From the NCBI GenBank assembly GCA_004022145.1, contig RCNU01000002.1: a stretch of DNA of 64,000 nucleotides; one strand, written 5' to 3'. This DNA comes from Paecilomyces variotii. Lineage: Eukaryota. The position numbers and the translations under genes were made by a program. Under the pieces are notes generated by a model, which had not been told where the DNA came from, ran no database searches, and was given only the letters and a program-made list of their open reading frames with translations. Shown one piece after another: positions 62,661-64,000 of this stretch (positions are counted from its first letter, which is position 1; each line of letters opens with the position of its first letter).

Positions 62661-64000
62661 CCTTGTGATGGATGATCAAAGAATACCGCTCAACTCAATT
62701 CGAATACTTTTAAACGAGTGGCACTGAGCGGTGAGCAAACGAATGTAGGACTCAAGATGAAAGATCAATGTCTAAGAAACCGAAAGGAGAATCTTGATAG
62801 ATTAGGGAGACACAAAATCTACTCAGGCTGATCAGGTTGGCATGTTTTTATTCCAGTATTGGAACTATAAAAAGAAACCGAATGCGAAAAGTGCAATTAC
62901 TCTGAAGCAAACATAATCAACTTGAGAATCTTAGCAAGGCCATCCATGCTGATGATCTGCCCAAGTATCTCCTGGTGGAGTTGTGAGCACGCAGGTGGCC
63001 CGTTCATATCAAAATTTGTATTTGATTATTTTTTCCAACACACAACTGAAGACGACCGTTTACCTCTACCTGAATCATCCGGCATTCCATAGTGCTACTA
63101 TTTCAGTAACTTGTGGCTTGCTAGCTAGTTATTTAGACGATCTACCGCGAGGATTATCTGCAGGAATTTTCCGTGCGATTCGAAGCATGGCTAGATTTCC
63201 TTGAACTCTGTATATGTACTTAGCTCTATATGGAGTAAGTATGGTGAATTGAGACGGGAAGATCAAACAAGTTGTGTTCCTTTCAGACTTCTGGAACTAA
63301 TATAATCCCTGTCGAGTCTAATTTCCCTTTTGCCTTGACGTGTTCCCGTGAGGCAGTGACCTATCGACGGCTTCAACGCTGATCCCTGTGCTGAAAGAAA
63401 CATTCGAGCCACTAACCATTATGGCAGCGCAACTCGATGGTACAGTACTTCCGTAGCACGACGAGATACCATTTTCGGATACACCACTCGAATAACACTA
63501 TTATAGCGTCAAGCGGTCAGTCGAGACCTTTACGATTAGCGAAGCGCACTGAAAATTGAAGACTCGAAGATAGAGTGATCACCATGCCAGGAGCGAGAGA
63601 GAGAAAAAAAAGCCATAAGGTGAAGTTACCTCTGTAGACAAAGACATCTGGCTCTAGATCCACACTACCAGCGCCTCGATCGCAAATTCAGGGGAGTTCC
63701 CTTTGACCAAAGGAACTCAGCAAGGGTCCATCATTACAATGGAGATCCACACAGGCCGTCCCGGCCAGGCTGGATGGATGGCCGCATCGAATATTGCGTA
63801 TGGCCAAAGCTAGCAATATCTTTGTACTACCACGGAACCTGGGATGTATACGTTGTATTCTCCTGCACGAGTCCTTGTATTTCCCGTGCCTAGCAGTACC
63901 TTTCCGAGACATGCACTCGAGTGAATGTACCGCAGAGTTCTCGCCACAGATGACAGGTCCACAGTGGCTCGGTCAGTATCTCTGATTTTGCCTATGACTC

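Noticed and set aside
62700-64000. Short ORFs at the right end
   Set aside because: No motifs recognised; consistent with promoter or intergenic sequence.

Overview
Eukaryotic, intron-containing DNA from a filamentous ascomycete, most likely Eurotiales (Aspergillus/Penicillium-like; inferred from GT-AG introns with CTRAY branch sites and from the protein families). The prokaryote-style ORF track splits most genes and often picks the wrong start, so gene models were rebuilt by reading splice sites. About 22 protein-coding genes are supported: an unannotated 55-aa Cys-rich microprotein, SepB/Ctf4, a Mug163-like mitochondrial protein, an F-box protein, a secreted beta-lactamase-family hydrolase, a TetA-like MFS, a caprin-like RGG protein, CENP-W, a Nudix hydrolase, Vtc2/3, an Sfk1-family protein, a DsbA/FrnE-like protein, Pfk26, a DUF202 protein, a flavocytochrome b2-like enzyme ending in -SKL, a 12-intron Dal5/Liz1-family MFS, RNase H1, an Nha1-type antiporter, Ubp3, Mag2, Erg4 and a large Ser/Thr-rich GPI-type glycoprotein. 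There is also one TauD-family pseudogene. I saw no rRNA, tRNA, CRISPR array or recognisable transposon. Best leads: (1) a head-to-head pair of a ribosomal ubiquitin writer (Mag2/RNF10) and a candidate eraser (Ubp3/USP10); (2) the hidden zinc-finger-like microprotein at 4450-4617; (3) a half-dead sulfonate-scavenging gene pair; (4) a peroxisome-targeted cytochrome b2 lacking a mitochondrial presequence; (5) RNase H1 with an AUGA-overlapping uORF and a GC-AG intron. Family assignments come from recognising motifs by eye; no database search was run.
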